From: Bdellovibrionales bacterium
GTDB taxonomy: Bacteria > Bdellovibrionota > Bdellovibrionia > Bdellovibrionales > UBA1609
NCBI GenBank assembly: GCA_965219095.1
Contig: CBDCMT010000001.1
Span: 640,001-704,000, forward strand
Reading direction: 5' to 3'
Length of the DNA: 64,000 nucleotides
Below the pieces are notes generated by a model, which was not told the DNA's origin, ran no database searches, and saw nothing but the letters and a program-made list of their open reading frames with translations. The translations under genes were made by a program, and so were the position numbers. Below, one piece after another: positions 33,446 through 43,207 of this stretch (positions within the stretch are counted from its first letter, which is position 1; the number at the start of each line of letters is the position of its first letter).

Positions 33446-34228
33446 ATGCTTAGAGAGCCTAATTTAGAGCTTTTAAAACGATCGCAAGGATTAAAAAAAT
33501 CCCAGAGAACCTCTTCTTTTGCAGATAAGCTTTTAGATTTTGATTACATAACTCTTAAAGGGAAAAACACTCATCACCCTTATTATAATTCTATCTTTTC
33601 TTTTTGGTACACGATCTGGAGTTATGTGTATAAAAGACATGTAGGTCTTAAACATTATTATAGCGATGATTTTTTTATGGCAGACAAAATTCATACTATT
33701 TTATATAAAAAAATTCCTTTAGCCTGTATCTCATCTACAAAATTTGATATAAGAAAATCATCTTTCAGATGTACTAAATTCTTAAAAAATCATCTTACCA
33801 AAGAAGTTATTGAATATGCAGAACATCATAAATATTACGATGTATCAGTATTAAATTTTTTAGTTACAAGAAGAAATTTAAAAAGGAAATTCAATCTTCT
33901 ACAAACAGACATAGCCACAGCCATATCAGTTTTATCCATTAAAGATTTTGTTCATTCTGATTCTCAATTAGCCATCACTTGTACTCGTAACGATGTGAAA
34001 GTAAACAAAATTGCTCTTAATCTAGGGGGGTTTTTATTCAAAGAGACAAGTACTAACAACATCAAAAGTGATATCATTCTTTATAAGAAAAGTGATTTCA
34101 CATGCACAAATCTAAATCAATCCCTAAGGGATTTAATTGATTTTTTATGGAACAAGAAACATAAGCCGACACTAATACAAAATATGAAACAAAAAAAAGA
34201 AAGCAGATCTTATGAACATACATTATGA
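33446..34228 (+). CDS. Hypothetical protein, possible GNAT/LuxI-like acyltransferase fold
   Basis: RBS AAGGAG; order of FWYTIW, SDDFF, a beta hairpin, LNFLVTRR and AITCTRND..LGG echoes acyl-synthase topology (judged by eye). Confidence 0.55.
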   Translation: MLREPNLELLKRSQGLKKSQRTSSFADKLLDFDYITLKGKNTHHPYYNSIFSFWYTIWSYVYKRHVGLKHYYSDDFFMADKIHTILYKKIPLACISSTKFDIRKSSFRCTKFLKNHLTKEVIEYAEHHKYYDVSVLNFLVTRRNLKRKFNLLQTDIATAISVLSIKDFVHSDSQLAITCTRNDVKVNKIALNLGGFLFKETSTNNIKSDIILYKKSDFTCTNLNQSLRDLIDFLWNKKHKPTLIQNMKQKKESRSYEHTL

Positions 34229-34838
34229 AAATCTTATAAGTAGAGTTGAAAAAGCTAAAACAATTATGCAAAAAACATTAGAAGGTCTCCCTTGGAAGCA
34301 GAATGAAGCTTATGCTGAATTTCTTGCTCAAACCTATTATTATGTGTCCTACACAACAAGACATATGGCATTAGCGGCAGGGCTTTGTCCCTTAGAAAAA
34401 AAGGATTTACATAATAAGCTCATCAAAGGGGCCTATGAGGAAATCAATCATGAAGATATGATTATAAATGATTTAGCAACATTAGGTTTTAATGCAAAAG
34501 ATTTTAAAGAACATACAGAGACAAAAAACTTTTATCATTCAACAAGAGAGTTAATTAAAAATAGAGGGTCAGAAGCTCTTTTAGCTTTTTCCATTCCTAT
34601 TGAAACTCTATCATCTGAAGGAGATTTTATTTATAACACAGTCACACAAGCCCATGGAAAAGAGGCTGCTACTTTCTTAGAAGAACATTGTATTTTAGAT
34701 AAAGAGCATGCTAAGGAAAATAGAGAGTTTGTAAAAACTCTTAAACCTGAACAAATAGACATTATAAAAGAAGTTTTACCTACAGCATGTCATAATTATT
34801 GTTCCATGATCGAAAAAATTACAAATCACTATCAATAA
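34212..34838 (+). CDS. Heme-oxygenase-like diiron oxidase (iron-containing redox enzyme family)
   Basis: YAEFLAQTYYYV, EEINHE..NDL, IE, HCILDKEH give the E-x-x-H / E / H-x3-D-x2-H ligand set. Confidence 0.85.
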   Translation: MNIHYENLISRVEKAKTIMQKTLEGLPWKQNEAYAEFLAQTYYYVSYTTRHMALAAGLCPLEKKDLHNKLIKGAYEEINHEDMIINDLATLGFNAKDFKEHTETKNFYHSTRELIKNRGSEALLAFSIPIETLSSEGDFIYNTVTQAHGKEAATFLEEHCILDKEHAKENREFVKTLKPEQIDIIKEVLPTACHNYCSMIEKITNHYQ

Positions 34839-35103
34839 AAATTGAGGTTCAAGTTGGACTGCGTTGAAAAAGTGGATATAACTTGATCTAAAACGCTTAT
34901 GTACAACAAAGCTCCTCTTTTAAATAAGTTGAAATGGAAATTTTTGAGTGGATTGAAGCTTACTACAACACGCAACACCTTCATTCTGCCTTGGCAAAAC
35001 CTCTTTAGAATTTGAAAAATTCAGGAAATAAAGTATGGTACCTCTTAAAAAAATCAACTATTTCAACTCATACCACCACACAGTTCAAAGGGTTTCTTAA
35101 ATT

Positions 35104-35318
35104 TATTGAACAGGCCCACCACAAACATCAGGAGTCCAAATAGGATCAGCATACTGTCCAGAGGAATTTTTGTGAATGTTAAAACATACTCTTATGGTTT
35201 TATCACCCCATATGCGAACACTAACTCCATTAAGACAATAATGTACAGTACCACCGATCGGTCCTTCTATTTTACAGTTCGAATGAAACTCTAAAAAGTT
35301 ACGATTCCATAGACTTGC
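35104..35318 (-). pseudogene. Cys-rich C-terminal remnant of an unknown gene
   Basis: Open frame ..EFHSNCKIEGPIGGTVHYCLNG..RVCFN..PDVCGGPVQ*, cut at an IS630-B end. Confidence 0.45.
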
Positions 35319-35950
35319 ACCTAAGCGGAAGCACTATATGCTATAGGAGTCGACGAGATACAATGGAAAAAGAACCATAAGTATCTCACCTTAGTCTATG
35401 AAATAAGCAAAGAAAGTATTCGTTTGCTATGGATAGGAGAGAAAAGAACAGAGGAGAGTTTCAACAAGTTTTTTGATTTACTAGGAGAGAAGTCAAAAGA
35501 TATACAGTTTGTGTGTTCTGATATGTGGAAGCCCTATTTAAAAGTAATAAAGGAAAGGGCAAGTCAAGCTTTGAATATATTAGATCGGTTTCATATCGTA
35601 GCAAGACTCAATAAGGCTTTAGACGAAGTGAGAGCTTCAGAACACAAAAAAATGAAAGAAGACGGGTATGAACCCCTTTTAACAAAAGCTAGATGGCCCT
35701 TGTTAAAAAATGCAGAAAATTTAAAATCTTATGAAAAAGTAAAATTAAGGCATTTAATACAGTACAATTTAAAAAGTATCCGCTGTTATTTTTTAAAAGA
35801 AGACTTCCGACAGTTATGGACCTATGTTTCACCAACTTGGGCTGGTAAATTTATAGACAGTTGGACGAAACGAGTCATGCTTTCAAAAATTGAACCTATG
35901 AAAAGAGAAGCAAAAACCATACGAAGACATAAGCTATTTATTCTTAATTA
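35319..35950 (+). mobile_element. IS630-B terminal stub plus internal ISL3 transposase fragment
   Basis: ACCTAAGCGGAAGCACTA-TA then YAIGVDEIQW..RRHKL matching the ISL3 copies. Confidence 0.88.
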
Positions 35951-36025
35951 GTCGAATGTGAAAAATGCACAAACAGCTAAAAACATTTGTTTTTAGCTGT
36001 TTGTGCATTTTTCACGTTCGACTAA
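35948..36025. repeat. 78-bp palindrome built from the IS5 left end
   Basis: 38-bp arms with 1 mismatch, 2-nt loop; arm matches ~16013-16049. Confidence 0.92.
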
Positions 36026-36151
36026 GTAGATTCAATCTCCACCCCAGAAGGCGAAGGATTCTATAGAAAATACCAAAAACATGGTAAAAATATACTTTTT
36101 CAACATATAGGAATACGCTTAAGATTCTCCAGTCATTCTCTAGAGATTCGA

Positions 36152-36236
36152 TACTCTAAAAATTTAACAGAGTTTGATCAAAAAGCCAGGACGCTACGCA
36201 TTAAAAGAATGTCGAATTAATTTTTGGAAATGGTAT
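36152..36236 (-). mobile_element. Solo left end of IS630-A
   Basis: Reverse-complement match to 2869-2951. Confidence 0.85.
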
Positions 36237-36408
36237 TACCTTTAACGGCTCAGAGCAGTGCATAATATCTTTTTAATTTATCTTGATAACCTAAATCCAC
36301 GCTAAAAATAATCACTACATTGCTCTAACATAAGATAAGTTCCATAAGTACAGAAATTTTCCAGTAAAAATCTGTACAAAGTTTATTTTTCTGATAAAAA
36401 GAAAAAAG

Positions 36409-36488
36409 GTAACTGCTCACTCTCGTAAGTTTTTATTTAAAGCCATCTCTATGGCTTTAAATAAAAACTTACGAGAGTGAGCAGTTAC
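36409..36488. mobile_element. 80-bp perfect palindrome of two IS66-A right ends
   Basis: 38-bp arms, loop CTCT; 8-bp direct repeat GAAAAAAG on both sides. Confidence 0.95.
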
Positions 36489-36770
36489 GAAAAAAGTTTA
36501 AATGTCTCGAATAGTTGCTCTAAGCAAAATTCAAAAAAATATCATAAAGGCTATTGACAAAAGGCTTCTCAAAGAAATGAAAACCAGTAGTGATCATTTT
36601 TAGCGTGGAATTTGGGTTTGATAAGTTAGAGCATTTTTTTGCATTGAGTAAAAACCCCATTAATGTTCATAGGATAAAAAAATAAGTTATTTGAAACAGA
36701 AGGTTTGACTAGAAAAAAACTATATAGTAAGGAATTAAATCCTGCCTTCTTAAATAGAAAGGAGTAGTTT

Positions 36771-37955
36771 GTGCAAAATCAAATAAAAATTTTCTTTAGA
36801 TATCTTTCTTATATTTTCATCAGTTTTTGTCTTACTAATTGCAACCAAAAGGGTATAGAAAATTCTAATGCATACTCCTTAAAATACATTCAACTGATAG
36901 AGGGAGATATCCCCCTTTTTGATGAAAATGAGATTATAGATTTTACGGAATATAAAAATGTTATGATTTTTATTGATGATTTCATGGATAGTTTTATTCC
37001 TGGAAAAAATGACAATCACCCTTTGGAAAGAAAGGATCTTTTAATCCTTTTTTCCAAAGTCAAGTTTCAAAGAAAGGCTTATCAACTTATTTATCCTAAA
37101 CTTAATAATTGGCAAACTATTAAAAACCTTTCTTCATGGTGTCGTTATAGGAAAAATCATGTTACTAGAGGAAAAATAAAAAAAGGACTTAATTTTTGGT
37201 TGAAAAACAAAAAAGCAATATTAGAAAATATAGATAATGTAGATCCTTTTATTCTTCTTTCTACATTAGGAATTGAAACTATTTACGGAAGCTATACAGG
37301 AAATTTTCCTATCCTTTCAACGCTTATGACTCTTTCATTTACAAAAGGAAGAAGAAAAGATTTTTTTTCTTCTGAGCTTAAATCTTTTCTCACTTTACTT
37401 TACAAACAAAGAACTTTCTTCGTAAATTATGTAAGAGAATGGCACAAATTTCCAAAGGGATCTTATGCTAGTGCTATGGGACTTCCTCAATTTTTAGCTT
37501 CGAATTATTTAAAACTCGCTAAAGATGCTGATGGAGATGGAGCAATTGACTTATGGAAAAGTATTTCTGATATAGCAAAAAGCATGTCATATTATTATGA
37601 ACATCATGGCTGGAGGTTTAATGAACCTATAGGAATGAAAATCAAAGTTCCGCCTCATAAAAAAGAAGATCTTAACAAAATTATCGAAGAAAATGGCAGG
37701 TTTGAACCTTGGATCACCATCTCTCAACTAAGAACTTTAGGCATTTATTTACCTGAAGCACTGGATCCCAATGAAAAAGTCTCTCTTTTTTTATTTCAAT
37801 GTCCTGAAAATTTTGAAAATAATTTTTATTTTATAGGGTTTTTTAACTTCTATGTCATAACACGTTATAACCATAGCTCTTTTTACGCCATGGCTGTCTA
37901 TGAACTAAGCCAAAAGCTTTTTGAGGAAATTAAGTTACAATCCCTTATCCCTTAA
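36771..37955 (+). CDS. mltB: Lytic murein transglycosylase B family
   Basis: LGIETIYG (catalytic Glu), GSYASAMGLPQF, EF-hand DADGDGAIDLW, NFYVITRYNHSSFYAMAV. Confidence 0.92.
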   Translation: MQNQIKIFFRYLSYIFISFCLTNCNQKGIENSNAYSLKYIQLIEGDIPLFDENEIIDFTEYKNVMIFIDDFMDSFIPGKNDNHPLERKDLLILFSKVKFQRKAYQLIYPKLNNWQTIKNLSSWCRYRKNHVTRGKIKKGLNFWLKNKKAILENIDNVDPFILLSTLGIETIYGSYTGNFPILSTLMTLSFTKGRRKDFFSSELKSFLTLLYKQRTFFVNYVREWHKFPKGSYASAMGLPQFLASNYLKLAKDADGDGAIDLWKSISDIAKSMSYYYEHHGWRFNEPIGMKIKVPPHKKEDLNKIIEENGRFEPWITISQLRTLGIYLPEALDPNEKVSLFLFQCPENFENNFYFIGFFNFYVITRYNHSSFYAMAVYELSQKLFEEIKLQSLIP

Positions 37956-37969
37956 ACCCAAAAACTTTT

Positions 37970-38020
37970 GCCTCCTCAAAAGAATCTGTGGGTAAAAAGT
38001 AGCTAGAAATCCCCCAAAAA
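37970..38020. mobile_element. Chimeric ISL3 end stub
   Basis: Right-end tip GCCTCCTCAAAA joined through shared GAATCTGTGGGT to left-end interior AAAAAGTAGCTAGAAATCCCCC. Confidence 0.8.
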
Positions 38021-38533
38021 AATTTTTATAATACCTGCTGTATCGAAACCATAAGGAGCCTCCTTGGAAATCACGACTCAAAAATTCAGTTACACAATTT
38101 AGCTCGTCCAGCTACTTTTTAGTCCCAAAACTTTTCGCTTACCCAAATACTTTGCTCAGTCTTCATAAATCTTTCATCATAAATAGAAATTTCTAAGGAC
38201 ATTTTAACACATGTATCTCTCGAAAGACCATATCCAAGTGCTCGAGAGTTAGGGGGAATTAACTCCTCTATACTGGTATAGCTTGTTTTAAATTGAAAGT
38301 ACTTAATTTCTGAGCCTCCTCTTAAAACATGCTTGTTCCCTCTGACATCTGTAAACACAAGTTTAATCTGTTCCTTTTCTTTTTGATTTTGAAGTAAATT
38401 AGTATCAAAGTAAATTAAATAATTACCTTCACCTTCGTAATGTAGTACAGTGGTTGGCATATAAATCGTAAATGTTTCAAGTTGAAGCTTTACTTTTGGA
38501 AAACCAATTCTTTCTAGTTCCGTAGCTAAATTT

Positions 38534-40232
38534 CCTGAGTTCGTGCTCAAAAATGTACACTACAGACGGACGTTTTTTTGACAAGACTTTTTCCAATAGA
38601 TCTTAGTATTTTTTCTTGAACTTTATTCAAAGCTACTGTTTTGATAAGTCTAGTTTTATTTTTTCGGTCATAAAGATAGACATTATACATGCTACCGAGT
38701 TCTTCAAGAGCTTCCTCTGGAGACATCTGCATCTTTTCAAGCTTCATTTTTAGAATTGAAAGTATCAGACAAGATAAATAGCATATAAAGACATGTGATT
38801 GAACTCTGTTGTAAAGCCAATGACGAATTGGTCTCAAATTTGTTATTCCCTTTAAGGTCCTAAAAAATTTTTCGATTACCTCTTTCTTATAGTACAAATT
38901 AACAATATCTTTTGCAGAGATCTTTTTTGTAGAAAATATACAAGAGTAACCATCAAACTCAGATTCTAAATTCAACCGATCTCTTCTTAATCTTCCTGTT
39001 GGAGTAAGGTATTTTTCCAAACCTGGTTTTATATTTTTATTTTTAGACAAAAGAATTTGTGCGTTTGCAATTTCGTCCAAACGAGATTCTCTTATATCTA
39101 AAGCTCTCCTTTGATTGTAACAAACAACTAAACGTCCTTTGATTTTTCCAACATTGTGATTAATGCTCTGAGCATACAAGGTACCACTTGATAACCTGAT
39201 GCGATGGGATACATCAACAATAGAGTCTAGCCTTATCATTTTTCTAATCAAATCCTTCTCTTTTTTTCTGAGAGCAATCCCACAAAGCGTATTCCAGCCC
39301 AATTCATTGATTTCATTGAGGTTTCTCTCTGAGAAAATGCCTCTGTCGTAAACAAACATTCCTCCACTTAGTCCATAGTTTGCAAATCCATCGGATAAAC
39401 TTAGTAGAGTCCTGCTATCGTGTATGTTTCCACTAAAAGTTTTATGAAACACTGGTATTCCTTCTTTTTGAGTTGTCACCAAACCAATTTGAATCAAAGG
39501 ATTTCCACGTTTCCCATCCTTACTCTTTCCTAATTTTCCAAGCTGACATTTGCTACCATAAAGGTATGTATTGGTAACATCGTACACCAACCCTTTTAGC
39601 TCAAGATTGTACCTTTTCTGAACACCTTGAAATATTTTCTTCTGTAAATTTTCTGGATCACTCTCTAAAGAATCTAGAGCAGAAAGCAAACGACTTTCGG
39701 TTAGATCCTCTAAATTTAGCAAAGTGTTTAAATCTGTTCTCTCATACCATTTTGGCATTTTTCTAAGGCTTTTGTAATCTAAACAGTGAGCATAGACCAT
39801 GCTTAATATTTCATTGGAGTATTGGCCAAGAGATTTTTGCAAATCTATTTCTCTAGCTATTTTATCTAAAACAAGCAAAGGACCATAAACCTTGACCTTT
39901 TTTATTTCAAGATCAGATGAACTCATTGAAATTACAGTTTCACCATTCTCTTCCTTCCCGATGTACCGAATATGCTTTTGGATAACTTTTCCATCGACCC
40001 TTTTGTTCTCTACTTCTGCAAGATATGTCACCTTTCCTCTTTTTATTCTTCTGATAAAGCTCATATTTCTCCCTCCTGTAGTGTAATATATTACACTATA
40101 AAGGAAAATGCAAGGCAAGTTATTTTTTGTGATTTTATCTAAAAATTGAAAATTCCCCTATGAAAACTGAGATTTTTATGGAAAATAGGAAATTATAGCT
40201 TTGTAGTGTACATTTTTGGTCACGAATTTAGG
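38534..40232 (-). mobile_element. IS1634-family element, complete second copy
   Basis: Same IRs as 30738-32430; 7-bp TSD TAAATTT. Confidence 0.93.
38547..40064 (-). CDS. IS1634-family transposase
   Basis: Near-identical to 30751-32262, with two extra residues (KN). Confidence 0.93.
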   Translation of the reverse strand: MSFIRRIKRGKVTYLAEVENKRVDGKVIQKHIRYIGKEENGETVISMSSSDLEIKKVKVYGPLLVLDKIAREIDLQKSLGQYSNEILSMVYAHCLDYKSLRKMPKWYERTDLNTLLNLEDLTESRLLSALDSLESDPENLQKKIFQGVQKRYNLELKGLVYDVTNTYLYGSKCQLGKLGKSKDGKRGNPLIQIGLVTTQKEGIPVFHKTFSGNIHDSRTLLSLSDGFANYGLSGGMFVYDRGIFSERNLNEINELGWNTLCGIALRKKEKDLIRKMIRLDSIVDVSHRIRLSSGTLYAQSINHNVGKIKGRLVVCYNQRRALDIRESRLDEIANAQILLSKNKNIKPGLEKYLTPTGRLRRDRLNLESEFDGYSCIFSTKKISAKDIVNLYYKKEVIEKFFRTLKGITNLRPIRHWLYNRVQSHVFICYLSCLILSILKMKLEKMQMSPEEALEELGSMYNVYLYDRKNKTRLIKTVALNKVQEKILRSIGKSLVKKTSVCSVHF

Positions 40233-40500
40233 TAAATTTAGATTTCTTTCTGCAGGAAAAAAGGTTTCTCTGAAATGAATTGCCAATCGATCAGATCTAT
40301 CCTCAGCTGGTAAAACTCTAAGAGAGTTAGGACTTTTTTTTCCCACTTTAAAGTCAGGCAAAGGCTCCCTTGAAGCATACGCAAGTTGTGATATTATTAA
40401 AATACCTAAAAAATTATTGTTTTCATTTTATCCTCCTATTTTTCTTGATACTCTTTACTTGAAAAAACTATTCTTATCTATTAAAAATCCTCCTTTCACT

Positions 40501-40785
40501 TTAAAAAAACGACATTAGGTCTTTTTTTATGTTTTTTACCTTTTCTTCCAAAAGTTCAAGCTCTCTAAAAATTTTATTCTGATCCGGTTTTTTCCCTGTA
40601 ATAAGCTCAAATAGGCTAAGATTAAAGAGTGAAGCAATTTTTGGATACGGCTCCTCTCCTTGAATCGCTCTCCCATACTCCCACTCTCGATAGGTAGTTT
40701 CCGGAACTCCAAGTTTCTCAGCTGTACTTTTTACCGTCCAACCCTGACTTTGTCTTAAAGCTTTTAGTCTCTTATTAAAATTCAA
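40501..40785 (-). CDS. XRE-family HTH transcriptional regulator
   Basis: RLKALRQSQGWT..AEKLGVPETTYREWEYGR; RBS GAGGAG. Confidence 0.9.
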   Translation of the reverse strand: MNFNKRLKALRQSQGWTVKSTAEKLGVPETTYREWEYGRAIQGEEPYPKIASLFNLSLFELITGKKPDQNKIFRELELLEEKVKNIKKDLMSFF

Positions 40786-41241
40786 GTTTTTTCTCCTCTA
40801 GAATCTTTCTAGCACACTCTATTTGTTTTCTAAAATGATATAATTTCAATAAAATTGTACAATAAAATAGAATAATTAAATGAATCAACTGACTGTCCTT
40901 ATCTAAATTATGGTTTCATTCCATGATTTCGAGTCTAACAGCATGAACTGCGTCACAACTGCCACAATTAAAATGGTCGTTACACTTCCATTCTAGCAAA
41001 CTCTTTTCACAGGAGAATGTAGCTTCTTGACGAGAAATGGGACATCCTCTTCTTGACTTCTAAGACTTGCGTCATAAATACATGATCTTTTTCTTTAGGA
41101 ATTGCTACTAAACTTGGTGCTAAATTTAAGACTCTCATTACCTCTTTCATAACAACTCCTTTTTTCTCTTTAAAAAAAGTTACATTACCAGGTGAAATAA
41201 ATATAATGATTAATTTAATTTATTATGATTAAGATATATTT

Positions 41242-42075
41242 ATGTCTTTAATGATGGACGATCTTCGTTATTTTAATGTTATTTCAAGCACTTTTAACAT
41301 GACAAGAGCTTCAGAAATTTTAGGCGTGAGTCAGCCTGCTTTGAGTTATGCCATTAAAAGACTTGAAAGAGAGCTTGGAGGAGAGCTTCTTATTCGTTTA
41401 AAAAATGGAGTTCAGCTAACACGACTTGGTGAAGAATTTTCTAAGCAGAGTAGAGTTGTTCTTTTTGAATGGGAGCAAGCTCAAAAGTTAGTAGTTTATC
41501 AAAAAAATGAAGTTTCTGGCAGGTATTCGATCGGTCTTCATTCGTCTGTTGCACTTTATACTTTAGAACACTTTTTGCCACAGCTCAATGATCAATACCC
41601 AGGTTTAGAAGTTTCTTTAAAACATGGCTTATCCAGAGAAATCACTGAACAAGTTATCAGTTGGAAGATTGACTTTGGTATTGTTGTTAATCCTAAAGCC
41701 CATTTAGATTTAGTTATTAAAGAGCTTTGTTATGACAAAGTTACATTATTTTCCAATCAAAAAACACACAATACTCTCATCTTTGACCCCAACCTTCAAC
41801 AGACACAAGCTATTCATAAAAAACTTAAAAAAAATTTCTTTTCCAGTAAAAAGAAGATGACTTCTGAAAATTTAGAAGTCATTGCCAAGTTAACATCTCT
41901 AGGAGTTGGTGTAGGAATTCTTCCAGAAAGAGTTGCAAAACAGTACAGAAACTTAAAGCCACTAAAAAATGCACCTGATTATCTTGATCGTATTTGCCTT
42001 ATTTATCGTAAGGAAAAACAAAAAAGCCTTGCAAGCAAAGTCATTATAACTGCCATTTCATCCATAAAAATTTAG
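41242..42075 (+). CDS. LysR-family transcriptional regulator
   Basis: NMTRASEILGVSQPALSYAIKRLERELG, LTRLGEEF, GVGVGILP. Confidence 0.95.
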   Translation: MSLMMDDLRYFNVISSTFNMTRASEILGVSQPALSYAIKRLERELGGELLIRLKNGVQLTRLGEEFSKQSRVVLFEWEQAQKLVVYQKNEVSGRYSIGLHSSVALYTLEHFLPQLNDQYPGLEVSLKHGLSREITEQVISWKIDFGIVVNPKAHLDLVIKELCYDKVTLFSNQKTHNTLIFDPNLQQTQAIHKKLKKNFFSSKKKMTSENLEVIAKLTSLGVGVGILPERVAKQYRNLKPLKNAPDYLDRICLIYRKEKQKSLASKVIITAISSIKI

Positions 42076-42167
42076 TTTAAAAAAAGGACTTTGCTGTACA
42101 CAAGCGTTTTAGATCAAGTTGTTTCCACTTGAGGTGACATCATTCCTATTGAGTTTGAAGTCTGATA

Positions 42168-42271
42168 ACCCGAATTTTGACTTTTATACCATTTCCAAAA
42201 ATTAATTCGATATTTTTTAACTCATAGCGTCCTGGCTTTTTTATCAAACTCTGTTAAATTTTTAGAGTGTC
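42168..42271 (+). mobile_element. IS982-like IR stub followed by a solo IS630-A left end
   Basis: ACCCGAATTTTGACTTTT then a match to 2869-2954. Confidence 0.75.
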
Positions 42272-43207
42272 TATCAAAAAGTATGTCAAGAAAAAACACT
42301 TCTCCATTTACAAAAAATATAAAAAATTTTTTTTGCATACGGTCACGAATATTCTAATCACCTAAGAAAAAACTTCCTGCATTTCCTTTCCATTTTTAAT
42401 GACTCTTCCTTTACACATTGTAAAACAAACATATTCCTATTATGCGTCTATCTGAACCTTTTGTAACTGCTCACCTACATTGTTCAGTTATCCCTAACTT
42501 TAGACCTATTTTAAGATAAAAGTCTTGCTCTTACAGATTTTCTTTTAAATACTTTTTTCAAATGACAATAAATAAGACCTCCATCAGAAATGAGATTAAA
42601 AATATAAGAAGTGACTTTGATAAGCTTGCAAAGAAAGGTTCTGTGCCTACTGAGATTTCTGTGATTGTTGAATCTCTCTTTAAGGTTGTGAACATTCTGA
42701 TTGTTGTGTTTTTAGAAAAACAGGTTCGAAAAAATTCCAGCAACAGCAGTCTTCCTCCTTCGCAAGATTTTAGTCGTCAAGGGAATCGTAATAAGAAAGC
42801 TAGTGGGAGTCAGAAAAAGGACTCTAGACTTGATAACAGTAAAGATACAAACAGTGAGGAGACTGTCTCTCCCTCAGAGTGTTCTCAGTGTGGGATGTGT
42901 TTAAAGACAGCAGAGGTAAAAAGCCTTGAAAAGCGTAAAAAGATTGATATTTTTTATGAAATTCAGACCCATACTGTAACTTCTGAAGTTAAGGATTGTC
43001 CCTCATGTGGAGCTAGAAATAAAGGTCAATTTCCTAAAGGTATGAGTGGTCCTCTTCAGTATGGTATAGGCATTAGAGCTTCCATCATCAATTTCATTAT
43101 AGTTCAGATGCTGTCTTTTCAACGTGTTGGGGAACATTACATGGGGCTTATAGGTCGAATGATTTCTCCTGCAGTTATGTTGAGATACATTGCTGAATTA
43201 GGAGAGT

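Larger units (their letters stand above)
38119..40426 (-). pseudogene. Secreted hypothetical protein gene split by IS1634, with a poly-T frameshift near the start
   Basis: RBS AGGAGG + ATG at 40426; removing the IS and one TSD gives the continuous frame ..PAERNLNL/ATELERIGF..EKFWD. Confidence 0.75.

Noticed and set aside
34870..34913. ~42-bp repeat shared in inverted form with 42088-42130
   Set aside because: Probably another degenerate IS end; too short to assign a family or function.
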